Assembly (NCBI RefSeq): GCF_000485595.1
Contig: NW_014577075.1
Span: 161,021-203,827 of the forward strand
Source: Priapulus caudatus
Taxonomy: Eukaryota
Length of the DNA stretch: 42,807 nt
Reading direction: 5' to 3'
In this document: piece by piece, positions 1 through 11,182 of the stretch
Numbering within the stretch: the first letter of the stretch is position 1
How the letters are laid out: each line of letters opens with the position of its first letter
Notes under the pieces: generated by a model
What the model was told of the DNA's origin: nothing
The model's database searches: none
Seen by the model: only the letters and a program-made list of their open reading frames with translations
Translations under genes and position numbers: made by a program

Positions 1-79
1 TTGCTGCATGTACAGCTAGCTAGTATGGCGACTGGGGTGCGAAGTGGAATTAGCACACGAAGGGTTCTGCCGGAAGAGC

Positions 80-159
80 GAGAGAGAGACCGAGAGAAAG
101 GAGCAGTGTAAGACACAGACAGAGAGAGAGAAAGTGAGAGAGGAGCAGTATGAGGGAGA

Positions 160-219
<60 letters not shown>

Positions 220-233
220 AGAGAGAGAAGAGC

Positions 234-283
<50 letters not shown>

Positions 284-590
284 GCCAGAGAGAAGAGAGA
301 GAGACGAGAGAGAGAGAGAGCAGATGAGGAGCACGCAATGAGAGAGAGAGACGACGATGAGACGAGGACAGAGATGCAGTAGAGAGGAAGGAGAGAAGCA
401 TAAAGAGAGTGAGGAAAGAGAGCCAGCATGAGATATGAAGCAGTACGAGAAAAAGAGGGAGGTTGGGAGGGACGACAGAGAGAAGAGGATGTGCGCAAGT
501 AAGAACGGTGAGATGGGGAAAGAAAGCGAATGAGCGAAAAAAAGAGGGGAAGGGTGTGTGGGAGCGGAGAGAAGAAGAAAGAGAGCTGCG
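80..590 (+). repeat. (GA)n microsatellite and degenerate polypurine tract
   Basis: Near-perfect GA run at about 163-213 with degenerate GA-rich flanks. It explains the ER/SL-rich ORFs at 16-498. Confidence 0.95.
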
Positions 591-899
591 TCGCGCTAAA
601 CTCGCATTGACAAATGTCTGTTTTACCCCGCCCGAAACAGGTTTATGCAGTTTCAACCAATCTGGCAAACACGTTTCACAATTAGATCCCCGCGCATAGA
701 ACCGTGACGGGAAGCCTCTTGCAATAATAAATCGATCACAAAAGCTTTGCGGTGTCCCTCCATAGTCCGGCACGGCTTAAAATGTTTGCCAAGCGCGTGC
801 ACGGATGAAGCGTTTTCCTACGTTACCGCCGCCGTCTTCCGCGTGATTGGCAGTTTTTTCTTCGTCTGGTATTAAAATGGTAGGCATCACAGCAGCGCT

Positions 900-1467
900 G
901 CGCTCTCTCCTCCTCCCTTCCCCGGCATCTCTGGATGCTCGCTCTCTCTCTCTCTCTCTCTTCTCCTCTCTACGTCTCTGCTCTCTCCTCTTTCGTCTGC
1001 TCGTCTCCTTCGTCTTCTCTCTCTCCGTCTCTTTCTCTCTCTACTGGCTCTTGTTCTTTCTCTCGTCTCTCTTTCTCCTTTCTCAGCGAAGTCTTCTCTC
1101 GGTCTCTTTCTCTCTCTCCGCTCTCTCGTTCTCTATTCTCGTCTCGGGTCGTCNNNNNNNNNNNNNNNNNNNNNNNNNNNNNNNNNNNNNNNNNNNNNNN
1201 NNNNNNNNNNNNNNNNNNNNNNNNNNNNNNNNNNNNNNNNNNNNNNNNNNNNNNNNNNNNNNNNNNNNNNNNNNNNNNNNNNNNNNNNNNNNNNNNNNNN
1301 NNNNNNNNNNNNNNNNNNNNNNNNNNNNNNNNNNNNNNNNNNNNNNNNNNNNNNNNNNNNNNNNNNNNNNNNNNNNNNNNNNNNNNNNNNNNNNNNNNNN
1401 NNNNNNNNNNNNNNNNNNNNNNNNNNNNNNNNNNNNNNNNNNNNNNNNNNNNNNNNNNNNNNNNNCT

Positions 1468-1523
<56 letters not shown>

Positions 1524-1890
1524 CTCACGTCTCGGCCTCCCTCATCGTTCTCTCCCTCATCTCTACCCCTGTCGCTTCCTTCCTTATACATTGCTTCACT
1601 CTATCGCTCGCTGCCCACTCCTCCTATCTCCCTCTACCATCTCTTCCTCACTCGTTTCTCCTTGCCCAATCTCTCCTGCCATTGCTCCCTTCCCTATTTC
1701 CTCCTCCCTGATAACTGTCTCCTTATTAAAAGTAATCAGTGTTTGTACTAATTCGGCCCTGCGTCATTCCTTCCCTCCCTGTCTCCTTCTCTTCTCTCTC
1801 CAACCATCCATCCCCCATGACTCCCTTTCCCTATACGCTTTCTCCTCTCCATCTCCCACCGCTTTCTCTTCTATATCTCCCTCCCGTGAA
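900..1890 (+). repeat. (CT)n microsatellite and polypyrimidine tract spanning an assembly gap
   Basis: CT-rich on both sides of the N run; perfect CT run at about 1474-1520. Confidence 0.9.
1154..1465. other. Assembly gap (312 N)
   Basis: N run. Confidence 1.
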
Positions 1891-2170
1891 AAGTAACCAG
1901 TGTTTGGACGGCTGGCAGCCCGCGCCGCTTTTAGTTGCCATCTGATGTTGTTACTGGATACAGCAATAATGACATCACCACTAGGAATTCCTGCAGCCTT
2001 GAGGCAGGGCATGTTACTCGCTTTATCATAATGATCTGCCGGGAGAAGTAAAACCAGTATTGAGCTGTATGTGGGACAGGCGCGGGATGCTTGCTGCGGG
2101 GCTGGTAATACCGCCCGAATTGCACATGTATGCGCTTTATTTAGTCACCCATAAATATGTGCGCTGTCGA

Positions 2171-2512
2171 CAGCAGCAGCAGCAGCGGCGGCAGCAGCGG
2201 CGGCGGCAGCAGCAGCAGCGGCAGCAGCAGCAGCAGTAGCAGCGGCGGCAGCAGCGGCGGCAGCAACAGCGGCAGTAGCAGCGCCAGCAGCAGCAGCAGC
2301 AACGGCAGCATCGCCAGCAGCAGCAGCGGCAGCAGCAGCAGCAGCAGCGGCAGCAGCAGCAGCATCGCCAGCAGCAGCAGCGGCAGCAGCAGCGGCGGCA
2401 GCAGCAGCGGCGGCAGCAGCAGCAGCGGCGGCAGCAGCAGCAGCGGCGGCAGCAGCAGCAGCAGTAGCAGCGCCAGCAGCAGCAGCGCCAGCGGCAGCAT
2501 CGCCAGCAGCAG
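2171..2512 (+). repeat. Interrupted (CAG/CGG)n trinucleotide repeat
   Basis: CAG units interrupted by CGG, TAG, CAT, CGC and CAA. A noisy reverse-complement copy lies at about 30948-31100. Confidence 0.97.
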
Positions 2513-2731
2513 CGTGACAGTAGTGGCAACTGTGTAGCGAAACTCGCCTACCAAAGAGGAATCGCGCCAGGATTCGGTCGGGAGAAATAGGAGGGGGCGT
2601 GTGCCCGTCATTGTGCCGAATATTACTCGGCCCGATAATTCCGTCACGCCCGCCGGAAGTCGGCTGCTGTGCAGCGACAGTCGACGTCGTTGTATCGCAG
2701 TCCGGTCCGCGTTCAGATACTTTTGTCGGGG

Positions 2732-2930
2732 TGACGATGACGATGACGATGGCGACGACGATTGTGATGACGATGGCGACGACGATTGTGATGACGATGG
2801 CGATGACGATGACGATGACGACCGCGATGACGATGACGATGGCGGTTGTGATGACGATGGCGATAACAACGGCGATGACGACGACGATGACGATGGTGAT
2901 GACGACGACGACGACGATGGTGATGGCGAT
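2732..2930 (+). repeat. (GAC/GAT)n trinucleotide repeat
   Basis: GACGAT-type units with GGC and TGT interruptions. Reverse-complement copy at about 30545-30727. Confidence 0.95.
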
Positions 2931-3442
2931 CACAGTGTGTCGATTTCGATTTCGCTATCGATAAGCGCATCAAAGGTTGCCGGTGTTTTTTTTTAAGATG
3001 AGATTTTTTGAAGACGAGATGACATCTGACGCGCATCGCATTCCGAGGCATACATTCCCTTTGAGAGTCACTTCACTCACTTAAAAGTGCTTTCAGACTA
3101 TGTACGGTTCGGTCGCACCCAGTGGAATAAATCTAGCATTCCCTTAGCTTCACTCCCGCGCGATTATGTATACGGTATGTGGGCCGGCGACAGCGAGTGG
3201 AGTAAATTCTGGGGGATATATGCAGTACTATAGCACGTAGTAAGACAGTAAGACATTATAATGGTGTTAGATGGTGGTGGTGTTTCACCTGTGAGCTCGC
3301 ATGCGTCTTCTGCTGGTAATGCAGATTTATACATTTCAGCGTAATCGCTGCTTCAAGTTTCCATTAGATTCTCTCTTCACTCGTTTATGGTCATACCATA
3401 ATAGTCTGAATGTCCGGGGCGCTGTGTGAAAGTACAACGTGT

Positions 3443-3720
3443 GAATATATGAACTATGTGTATATGAATATATGAACTATGTGTATATGAATATATGAAC
3501 TATGTGTATATGAATATATGAACTATGTGTATATGAATATATGAACTATGTGTATATTAAGTATGTGTATATGAATATATATATACTATGTGTGAATACG
3601 TGTGAATATATTAAGTATGTGTATATGAATATATATACTATACTATGTGTGAATACGTGTGAATATATTAACTTTGTGTGTATGAATATATACTATGTGT
3701 GAATAAGTTTGAATATATGA
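3443..3720 (+). repeat. 23-bp AT-rich minisatellite GAATATATGAACTATGTGTATAT
   Basis: Five perfect units at 3443-3557, then degenerate units. Noisy inverted copy at about 29830-30045. Confidence 0.93.
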
Positions 3721-3976
3721 GCGAATGGATTGACACTACTGTGTGAGGGAAGCTATACTATGACATGTAATTGAATGGACTACAGACCAGCGTTGCGTGA
3801 ACATCGACATCTCACCACTCGTCCGCTCCTTGCTTGTTTTAGTTGCCGTGACGTGTGATTATTTGACAGGATATGGAAACAGGTTGCGCGTGATAGCCAC
3901 TCATGCACCGACCCGCGTGATTATTGACAGGATATGGAGAAATCCAATAGTTATAAGATAGCTGCACGCTTACCCC

Positions 3977-4040
3977 TGGCTCTAGAACTATAGCCTTGCA
4001 CAGGCCTGTGGCAGAGCGAAGGGCTATAGTTCTAGGGCCA
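3977..4040. repeat. 64-bp hairpin (possible MITE remnant)
   Basis: TGGCTCTAGAACTATAGCC pairs with GGCTATAGTTCTAGGGCCA (one mismatch). The loop contains the palindrome CACAGGCCTGTG at 3999-4010. Confidence 0.75.
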
Positions 4041-5159
4041 CCCCTCCCCGTGAACAGTGCGTGGGCATCGCTCGCCTGGCTGTCCTAGTGTTACTCATCC
4101 TCCCTAGAGCATGCAGCTCCTCTCCCAGGTGCGTTACCCGCTCGTGCGCACATTTATGGTGGTAGCCGTCCAAGCGCTCCAGCGTAGAGGAATTTTCAGT
4201 CGCTTAATTTATTTTATTAGCACCCCCGCCAAACTGGTTCTGATAGGCACGTATATACTGACTGCACACAGGCCAGGTTACTGTATCGCGAGGCAGAGAA
4301 TTGGTGATGCGCTAGCGAAGGCGTATTTTTAAGGTGGGGCTTGTCACACGCGAGAGGGGTGAATGGCAGGTTATGGGGGGAGAACGTGTGCTCTTCACAG
4401 CATTAATTACAATTGAGGGGGGGAGAGTAGGACTTCCGGTCACGTATACAGGGGTATATCTATATATACATATCGCACGATGAATTAGATGCACGGCATA
4501 ATTGCTTCCCGTTGTCACCTGACTACGTTGACGCAGATGGCGGACGGAGGTCGGCGAGCAGGATAAGCGCGACAAGCTTGTTGTTACGTGGCTGCCGCGT
4601 TAAACGTGATCCGTGTTTTCGCGTGCGGCGTGCTGTTAATCCGAGATGTGTTGACAAGCTCTCACGGCGCGCGCTCTCGTGGTTCCGGTCAGCGGGTGGA
4701 AAGTGTTGAATTGGCTGTGGGGGCGACACCGGTTCCGTGTGCGTTTGTTTACGGCTTTAGCGGCGCGCGCGGCGTCGCTTTCATAGACGCGGCGCGCGCA
4801 CGCTTTCCTGCGCGAGCGTTCGCGGAATCGATGCAAACTAACTTTTCGGGGGCTGTCAGTGCGCCGGAGTGACGGCGGGCGCGCCTGCTAAATCGGAATC
4901 GCGTACGTGAATAGTTAGATGGCGAACGCGCATGTAACACTGGAGTTTATTTTTGCGGCGAGGCAAGATCAACATCTAATTTCGCGTGTAAATTGCCGTG
5001 CGCGCGTACACTCACTCGGCAGCTGCCGGCTGGTTTTGAATAACTAAAAAGCGCGCGCGTGTATCTTTCGAGCTTCGTCGCATCTCGGCCGATCAAGTGA
5101 GCGCGCTCGCTCTGCGTGCAAAACGAACGTAGTCGACTGGCATGCTACACGTGATGGAG

Positions 5160-5210
5160 CGAGGAGGCGGAGGAGAGGGTGGAGGCTGGGGAGGGGGTGG
5201 AGGCGGGGGA
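5160..5210 (+). repeat. G-rich tandem repeat (GGGTGGAGGC-type), short form
   Basis: Two to three units here; the equivalent position in the inverted copy holds about 300 bp (28052-28345). Confidence 0.8.
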
Positions 5211-6249
5211 AAGCCCGCATGCGTCACACTCAGTTATGGAGCATAGAGAAACCACGCGAAGAACGCGTGAAGGGTTCTATAAGCGTCCCTGACCTGTGAC
5301 TTGCTGCGTCCGTATAAAGAGGTGTAGCGGTGATCTTACGCACCATCACGGCACCAATATAAAGAGGGTGGGCACCACCACGGCATATGAGTCTTAAATG
5401 ACTCACTCGATGTGCTACGCAAATGTCGATAACAACCACACATATCAATGCGCAAATAACCCAGGAATTTGTTGGGTAAAATAATGTATATATTTAACAA
5501 ACAGAATAGTTCCGGATAGTCAGTGACAATCAGTGTAGCGGTGATCTTACGAGTGGTGGCTGGCTTGTGCAGGTACTTGTTGGTTCGTAATCTCAGGGTG
5601 GCTCCTATTAGCAGATAGTAGTTGAGGGTGGAGGCGTGCCTGTGTTGAATCCTTCGAGCAGTGCCGTCGGTCGGTAGGGTGCTAACGGTGACGTAATATT
5701 CTCCAAGTAGGATCATCAGTTAGCATCTCCAATCAATCTTCCCAAATATCCAGAATCTCCAGACGGTCAGAGTGACTCATCTGAAGCCAGCCGCCGTGGC
5801 CGGAGCCAGTCGCCGTCGGTCCGCCTCGGTCGACTGTCTCGCTTGAGTTCCTCTCCTCTCAGCTCATTTGACATTTCTAAGAGGCGATTATTACAAAACT
5901 GCGTGCCGTGACTTGCTTGCGCAACTTGTAGTTCGCGTTTTGGACTTGAGGGCGAGAGCGTGAGAGGAAAGAGGTGATAGCCTGTATTTTATGGTCCTCT
6001 TTAACCCCTGCCTACTATTTTTACCTATTTGTGTTGTATTTTGTTTTTACTTCCTGCTATTGCATAGATTCACAGCAGCTACGTTTCTCTAAGGCTGTCT
6101 AACTGTCGCAAACTTGTAAAAACGTCCACCTATGTTTTTAAATTGTCCAATGACCTGCTGCAAACATAGTTAAATTCTTAACATAGTCGTGACATTTCTC
6201 CAAGTCACACCTAAAATAATAACGCCGAGAGGTCCGTATTAATCAGCAC

Positions 6250-6645
6250 TTCCTGACATTGAGCCTCTGTAAGCGCCTACCTGTGACCTGCTCGTCAGCG
6301 TACCTGGCCTTGATCCTCTGCGTCAGCACCATGACCTGTGACTTGCTGCGTCAGCATCCATACCTGTGACCTGCTGCGTCAGCGCACCTGACTGTGACCC
6401 TCTGCGTCAGCGCCCGACCTCTGACCTGCTGCGTCAGGTCCCTGACCTGTGACATCTGCGTACAGCATCTCTGACCTTGACCTGCGCGTCAGCATCCCTG
6501 CCTTGACCTGTCGTCAGCATCCATGACCTGTGACATCTGCGTCAGCGTCTGACCTCTGACCTGCGCGTCAGCGCTGACCTTACCTGCGCTTCACGTCCCT
6601 ACGCTGTGACCTGCTACGTCAGCATCCCTGAACCTTGAACCTGTA
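6250..6645 (+). repeat. 29-bp minisatellite, noisy copy (about 13-14 units)
   Basis: Degenerate CCTGACCTGTGACCTGCTGCGTCAGCATC units with the same flanks as 12481-12672. Confidence 0.9.
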
Positions 6646-7214
6646 TTCTTCCGTCGACTTAACGTAATAATTTATGTCCCTTTAGCTGTGTCTCGGTATT
6701 TAGAGACACTACTGTTTAGCACGTTCTGTGGACATAGTGACAGAGAGCCACCTTGATCATTCGTAATCACAGGCAACAGTAGCCCAGCAGCAGCACAACT
6801 AGCGCACGTGATCCATCAAGTATATCAGCAGCAGCACATCCGCGTGGCCGTCCGCATGCTCAAGATGATCGACCGTGTAACCCCGGCGTTCATTTACCGC
6901 CTTATTTATTAGTATGAATTGACCACATCCCTCTAATTAAATCCCCTCGCCATTATTCTCCGCAAATGAGTTGTGAATCTGGCGGCTCTCCGGTTCGGCC
7001 GCGCGAGTCGCGAGAAGAGCTACGCAGCACAGATTGATCATCTCGCGTGATCTGCCGATGCGCCTTTGCTGTTACTCTGTGTGTACATGTGCATGGTGTG
7101 AAGAGAGGAAGAGAGGCGAGCTGACTGACTACTCGGTGCGCGCCCTTTCTCTATCCACTCCACTCGCGCGCGCCCGTCCTCAATTGTGTCATCAAACTAC
7201 TACGTTCCATCGCT

Positions 7215-7266
7215 GCTCTCTCTTCTCTCTCTCTCTCTCTCTCCTCTCCTCTCTCTCTCTCTCTTC

Positions 7267-7297
<31 letters not shown>

Positions 7298-7649
7298 CTC
7301 TGTCTCTGTCCTGCTGCTGTCTCTGCTCTGTCCTATCTGCGCTGTCTCTGTCTCTGTCTCCTCTCTCTCTCTCCTTCTCTCTCTCTCTCTCTCTTCTCTC
7401 TTTTTCTCTCTCTCCTCTATCTCGCTCTCTCTCTCTCTCTCGCACCGCCGCTCTCCATCTTTCTCTCTCTCTCTCTCTCTCTCCCTCTCCTCTCCTCTCT
7501 CTCTTCTCTCCTCTCTCTCCTCTCTCTCCCTCTCTCTCTCTCGCCTCCTCTCTCTCTCTCCTCTCTCTCTCTCGCTCTTTCTCTCTCTCCTGCTCTCTAC
7601 TCTCTCCTCTCTCTCTTCTCTATCTCCCTCTCTCTCCTGTCTTTCTCTG

Positions 7650-7684
<35 letters not shown>

Positions 7685-8138
7685 CTCTACCTCTCTCTCT
7701 CCCGCACCCCGCGCCGTTCTCCGCTCCTTTCTCTCTCCTCTCTCTCTCCTCTCTCTCCTCTCCACCCGCCCTGCTCTCTTGCTCTCTCCCTCTCTTCTTA
7801 TTCTTTCTCAGTCTCTCTCTCTCTCCTCTCTCCTCTCTCTCCCCTGTCTCGCCTCTACATCTCTCCTCTCTCTCTCTCTTTCTTCTCTTTTCCTTCTCTT
7901 TCTCGTCTCTCGCTCTCGCTCTCCGCTCGCTCTCTCTCTCTCTCTCTCTCCTCCTCCTATCTCTCTCTCTCTCCTCTCCTCGCTCTCGCTCTGCGTCTCA
8001 TCTCTCTCTCTCTCTTTCTCTCTCGCTCTCTCTTCTCTCTCTCCTTCCTCTTCTCTCTCTCTCTTCTCTCTCTCTCTCTCTCTTCTCTTCCTACTCTCTC
8101 TCTCTCTCTGATCTGTCTCTCTGTCCTCCTCCTCTCTC

Positions 8139-8169
<31 letters not shown>

Positions 8170-8170
8170 C
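7215..8170 (+). repeat. Degenerate (CT)n tract of about 1 kb
   Basis: CT-rich and indel-ridden; reverse complement at about 24980-25940. Confidence 0.95.
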
Positions 8171-9325
8171 CATGTGCGTGCGTACATGTGTGCGGGTGCG
8201 TGTGTCTCTGCTGCGTGTGAGCGCACATACCGATGAGCGCTGTTCAGTTTAACTAACTGAGGGTGAATACCCCCTCCGCCTTGCTCCCACCCCGCTTCCG
8301 CAATGCGGCCATTCTTTTACAGTTGAATTCAGCTCACAGTGACAGATCTTATTAACTGCTCGCAGCGCCGTAGTTTTTTTCAAATGTTCTCCATGCTTCC
8401 ATTATATTACTGCAATGGCATGAACCAAAAAGTCAGCACAGTCGAGCATAGCCCAACCCTGCACCATTACAAAACTCATTACCTGTGAAGAACAGGTAGG
8501 TGCAATGTAACACTATAGGTAGGTAACACGTAGTGACACTGCCGCAACACTAGTCATATATGTATATATATATATATATATATGTATAATATATTATAAT
8601 TAATATATTCTATTAGTTATATCTCCCTCAGCCATGCACCAGATCAGCATACATACATATTATATATATATTGTTTCATATCGTATGTACCTATTACATA
8701 CATTTCTGTCTCCGAGAGAAGTCTCGGAAAATAAAACAATTTCTGAATTGTTAAACCTAAGCTAGTGCACACAACATCACACACACCTATACTCGTACTG
8801 AACACTTACATCACGAGTCTTTGACTTACTATTAGGAAACTAGTATGCTTTCGCTAGATGCCACCGCTCGAAGCAACGCATAGCACGCACACGACACGCA
8901 CGCGCGCGCGCGCGCGTACGATCAACAACACACAGGCCCTAATTGAACGAACAGAACTCAAAAAAATAGCCCGTGTGTGTCAACCAGCGATGCACGATTT
9001 ACTTCATCATAACTACTAAATGGATCCCTACGCAACACACTGCAGATATAGGCGTTCGAAAAACAACTAGTCAGCATCGCGAAGGCGACACAAACACACT
9101 CTGTGGGGAAACTTTGTACGTAAGGCGGCTACCATAACAATATACAGCCGCCGCGATACGAGCTGAAATCCATTAACACACAACAACCAAATATATGCTG
9201 CCGGAAAAAATCGGAAATGCAATGAGGTACCGGCGGAACAACCTCACGTGGGGGCGGGGGGGGGGGGGGCGGCGGCTGACCTCGTCAACCGGTTATGTCA
9301 TATGCAATTGTGATTGTAAGCACTT

Positions 9326-10129
9326 TAGTCAGGTCCCTTAGCTTCATGATCGTTACAGAGCTGACAAAGGCATCAAACTTGGCACAGTCGTAGCCTATAG
9401 AAGTACTATAAATATTAGAGAGGGTGCCCAATGTAGATATTCCTTAGAAGTGAATTACAGATGATTAAATGTTCGAACCGCGCCTGCCTGTACTGGCGCA
9501 TTGTATAGCTGTTACCCCCCCCCCCCCGAGCATATACGCTATTGCGCTATAGGCGGCATGAAAGTGTATTATTACTTTCATATCTCGCGAACGAATTGAG
9601 CTACATTTCTAGAAATCTAGATACATATAAACACATGTCTTAGCTATAATCCCCGTGAATTTTGGATAGTGTAGGATAGTGTAGTACTAACTCTAATATC
9701 ACGCGAACGATTTGAGTTACATTTTCTAAAATTCTAGATACATATAAACACATGTCACAGCTATACTCTCTGTGAATATTGAGTTTATTGACGCACGATT
9801 AGTCAATATATTAGCAAATATATGCGCGCCATAGAAATAATATAGATAACTATATTAGTATATCATATATTTATCTATATTATTACTGGCGCATTGTACA
9901 GCTGGTACATGTATTGGCATTGTATACAGGCGGGCGCGGTAGGGGGATTCGGAGTCGGGTGGTTAGAACAGTTAATCATCTGTAATTCACTTCTAAGGAA
10001 TATCTGCATTGGGCACCCCCTCTAATAATTATAGTACTGCCATAAGCTACAACTGTGCCAAGTTTGAGACTTTTGTCACTCCTGTAACGATTCGGCCCAT
10101 ATTTTGCACTATACTAAGGGACCGGACTA
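9326..10129. mobile_element. Non-autonomous DNA transposon, Academ-like (804 bp)
   Basis: Ends TAGTCAGGTCCCTTAG and CTAAGGGACCGGACTA. Long imperfect TIRs (about 9326-9495 vs 9923-10129, e.g. GATATTCCTTAGAAGTGAATTACAGATGATTAA and its reverse complement). 3-bp duplication CTT at 9323-9325 and 10130-10132. Internal direct repeats of about 60 bp near 9586 and 9702. TAG...CTA ends with a 3-bp TSD fit Academ; the family call is inference. Confidence 0.8.
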
Positions 10130-10279
10130 CTTGCGGGTTGCTGAGTAACCGAGTTGACGATCAGCGCCGCTAGCGGCAGGTGCGCGCATAGCCGGTGTCT
10201 CATTGAGCAACAACGTCTCTGATAAAAAAAAAATATCGCGCAGGATGCGGTGTATGATGGGTGGGTTATGAATAGGCTC

Positions 10280-10734
10280 TAGTGATGTCACGATCATCGA
10301 TTATACTCGATCATCGGTTGAACAGTGGCTCGAACCAAGCGCTTAGTGATGTCACGATCATCGATTATACTCGATCATCGGTTGAACAGTGGCTCGAACC
10401 AAGCGCTTGGTTATCAAAATCCATAATCGATTTAATCGAAAAAAAAAAGTGATGAGAAGTGAGAAGTGATGAGAAGTGATGAGAGAGAGAGAGAGATGAG
10501 AAGTGATGAGAAGTCGAAAAAATCGAAAAGTGATGAGAATCAGTACATGTATTATACACACAGTAGTAAACAGTGCAAAACAAACAGTAAACAGGGCTAA
10601 ACAAGCACATACATGCACACACGTACATGCACACGCAGGCATTCAACACCCCAAGTAACCGATTGTAACCGATCATCGGTTACTTGGGTCCAACCGATGA
10701 TCGATTATGAAATTACAACCGATTGACAACACTA
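10280..10734. mobile_element. Non-autonomous DNA transposon (MITE) with hAT-like ends
   Basis: TIRs TAGTGATGTCA and TGACAACACTA (one mismatch). Many subterminal ATCGAT, AACCGAT and ATCGGTT motifs. Internal palindrome CCCAAGTAACCGAT...ATCGGTTACTTGGG. Flanking direct repeat TGAATAG(G)CTC. The first 64 bp are tandemly duplicated. Confidence 0.7.
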
Positions 10735-10996
10735 TGAATAGCTCATGTGTAGCACTGAAGTTATATATTCAAATGGGCGGGTAGTCTGCAGACCGATTCG
10801 TGAATTGACATAGATGACGTTATATTACTAAATTTATGATATCAATCAATCAATCAATCGAATAATCGATGAGTTGTTTTGATGATGTATGTGCGTGTGT
10901 TCATGCGGGTATGGGAATGTAAGTAGTGCATTGCGTTCCTGATTATGACACCAGTGCTCGTTCTACATAATTGATGAATAAGTATTACCTCGGCAG

Positions 10997-11182
10997 ATAG
11001 ATACGTGCGCTTATAGTGGGGCAACTCGGCCGCGCAATGACACCTGAAAATTAGACAGCTTCGAAGCTACTCTCGTAGTCAAGCGATTCGTTCGGCTAAA
11101 GTTTGACCTACATGATATATGGTTGCAGTTGTTCGACGCTGTGGAATTTGTTTTCCACGCCTGTGCGCCGCGATATGCAGAG
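10997..11182 (+). CDS. Candidate exon, F5/8 type C (discoidin)-like C-terminal half, frameshifted in this copy
   Basis: CAG acceptor-like site at 10994-10996. The inverted copy reads GGNSARNDTLKIRQFEDYLVVKRI in one frame, resembling the discoidin GN-x-D/N...F-x-x-P-I-x-A-R-Y-V-R pattern. No clear donor in this copy. Resemblance judged by eye only. Confidence 0.35.

Noticed and set aside
3097..3235. Possible exon after TTTCAG (YVRFGRTQWNK...MWAGDSEWSKFWG), vaguely like a discoidin N-terminus
   Set aside because: The frame hits a stop, donor choice is ambiguous, and the resemblance is too weak.
4111..4360. Possible middle-of-discoidin exon (YILTA...FKVGLS)
   Set aside because: Needs several frameshifts not supported by both copies.
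5336..5716. 126-aa minus-strand ORF
   Set aside because: No recognisable domain and no splice or start support; it includes a short duplicated motif (GTAGCGGTGATCTTACG).
8710..8765. Hairpin TCCGAGA-GAAG-TCTCGGA followed by CTAG as a Helitron 3' end
   Set aside because: The hairpin is about 35 bp from the CTAG, farther than typical; the region is noisy and no 5' end can be defined.
9250..9269. Poly-G run as a G4 element
   Set aside because: Absent from the inverted copy (about 23925-23945), so probably a sequencing artefact.
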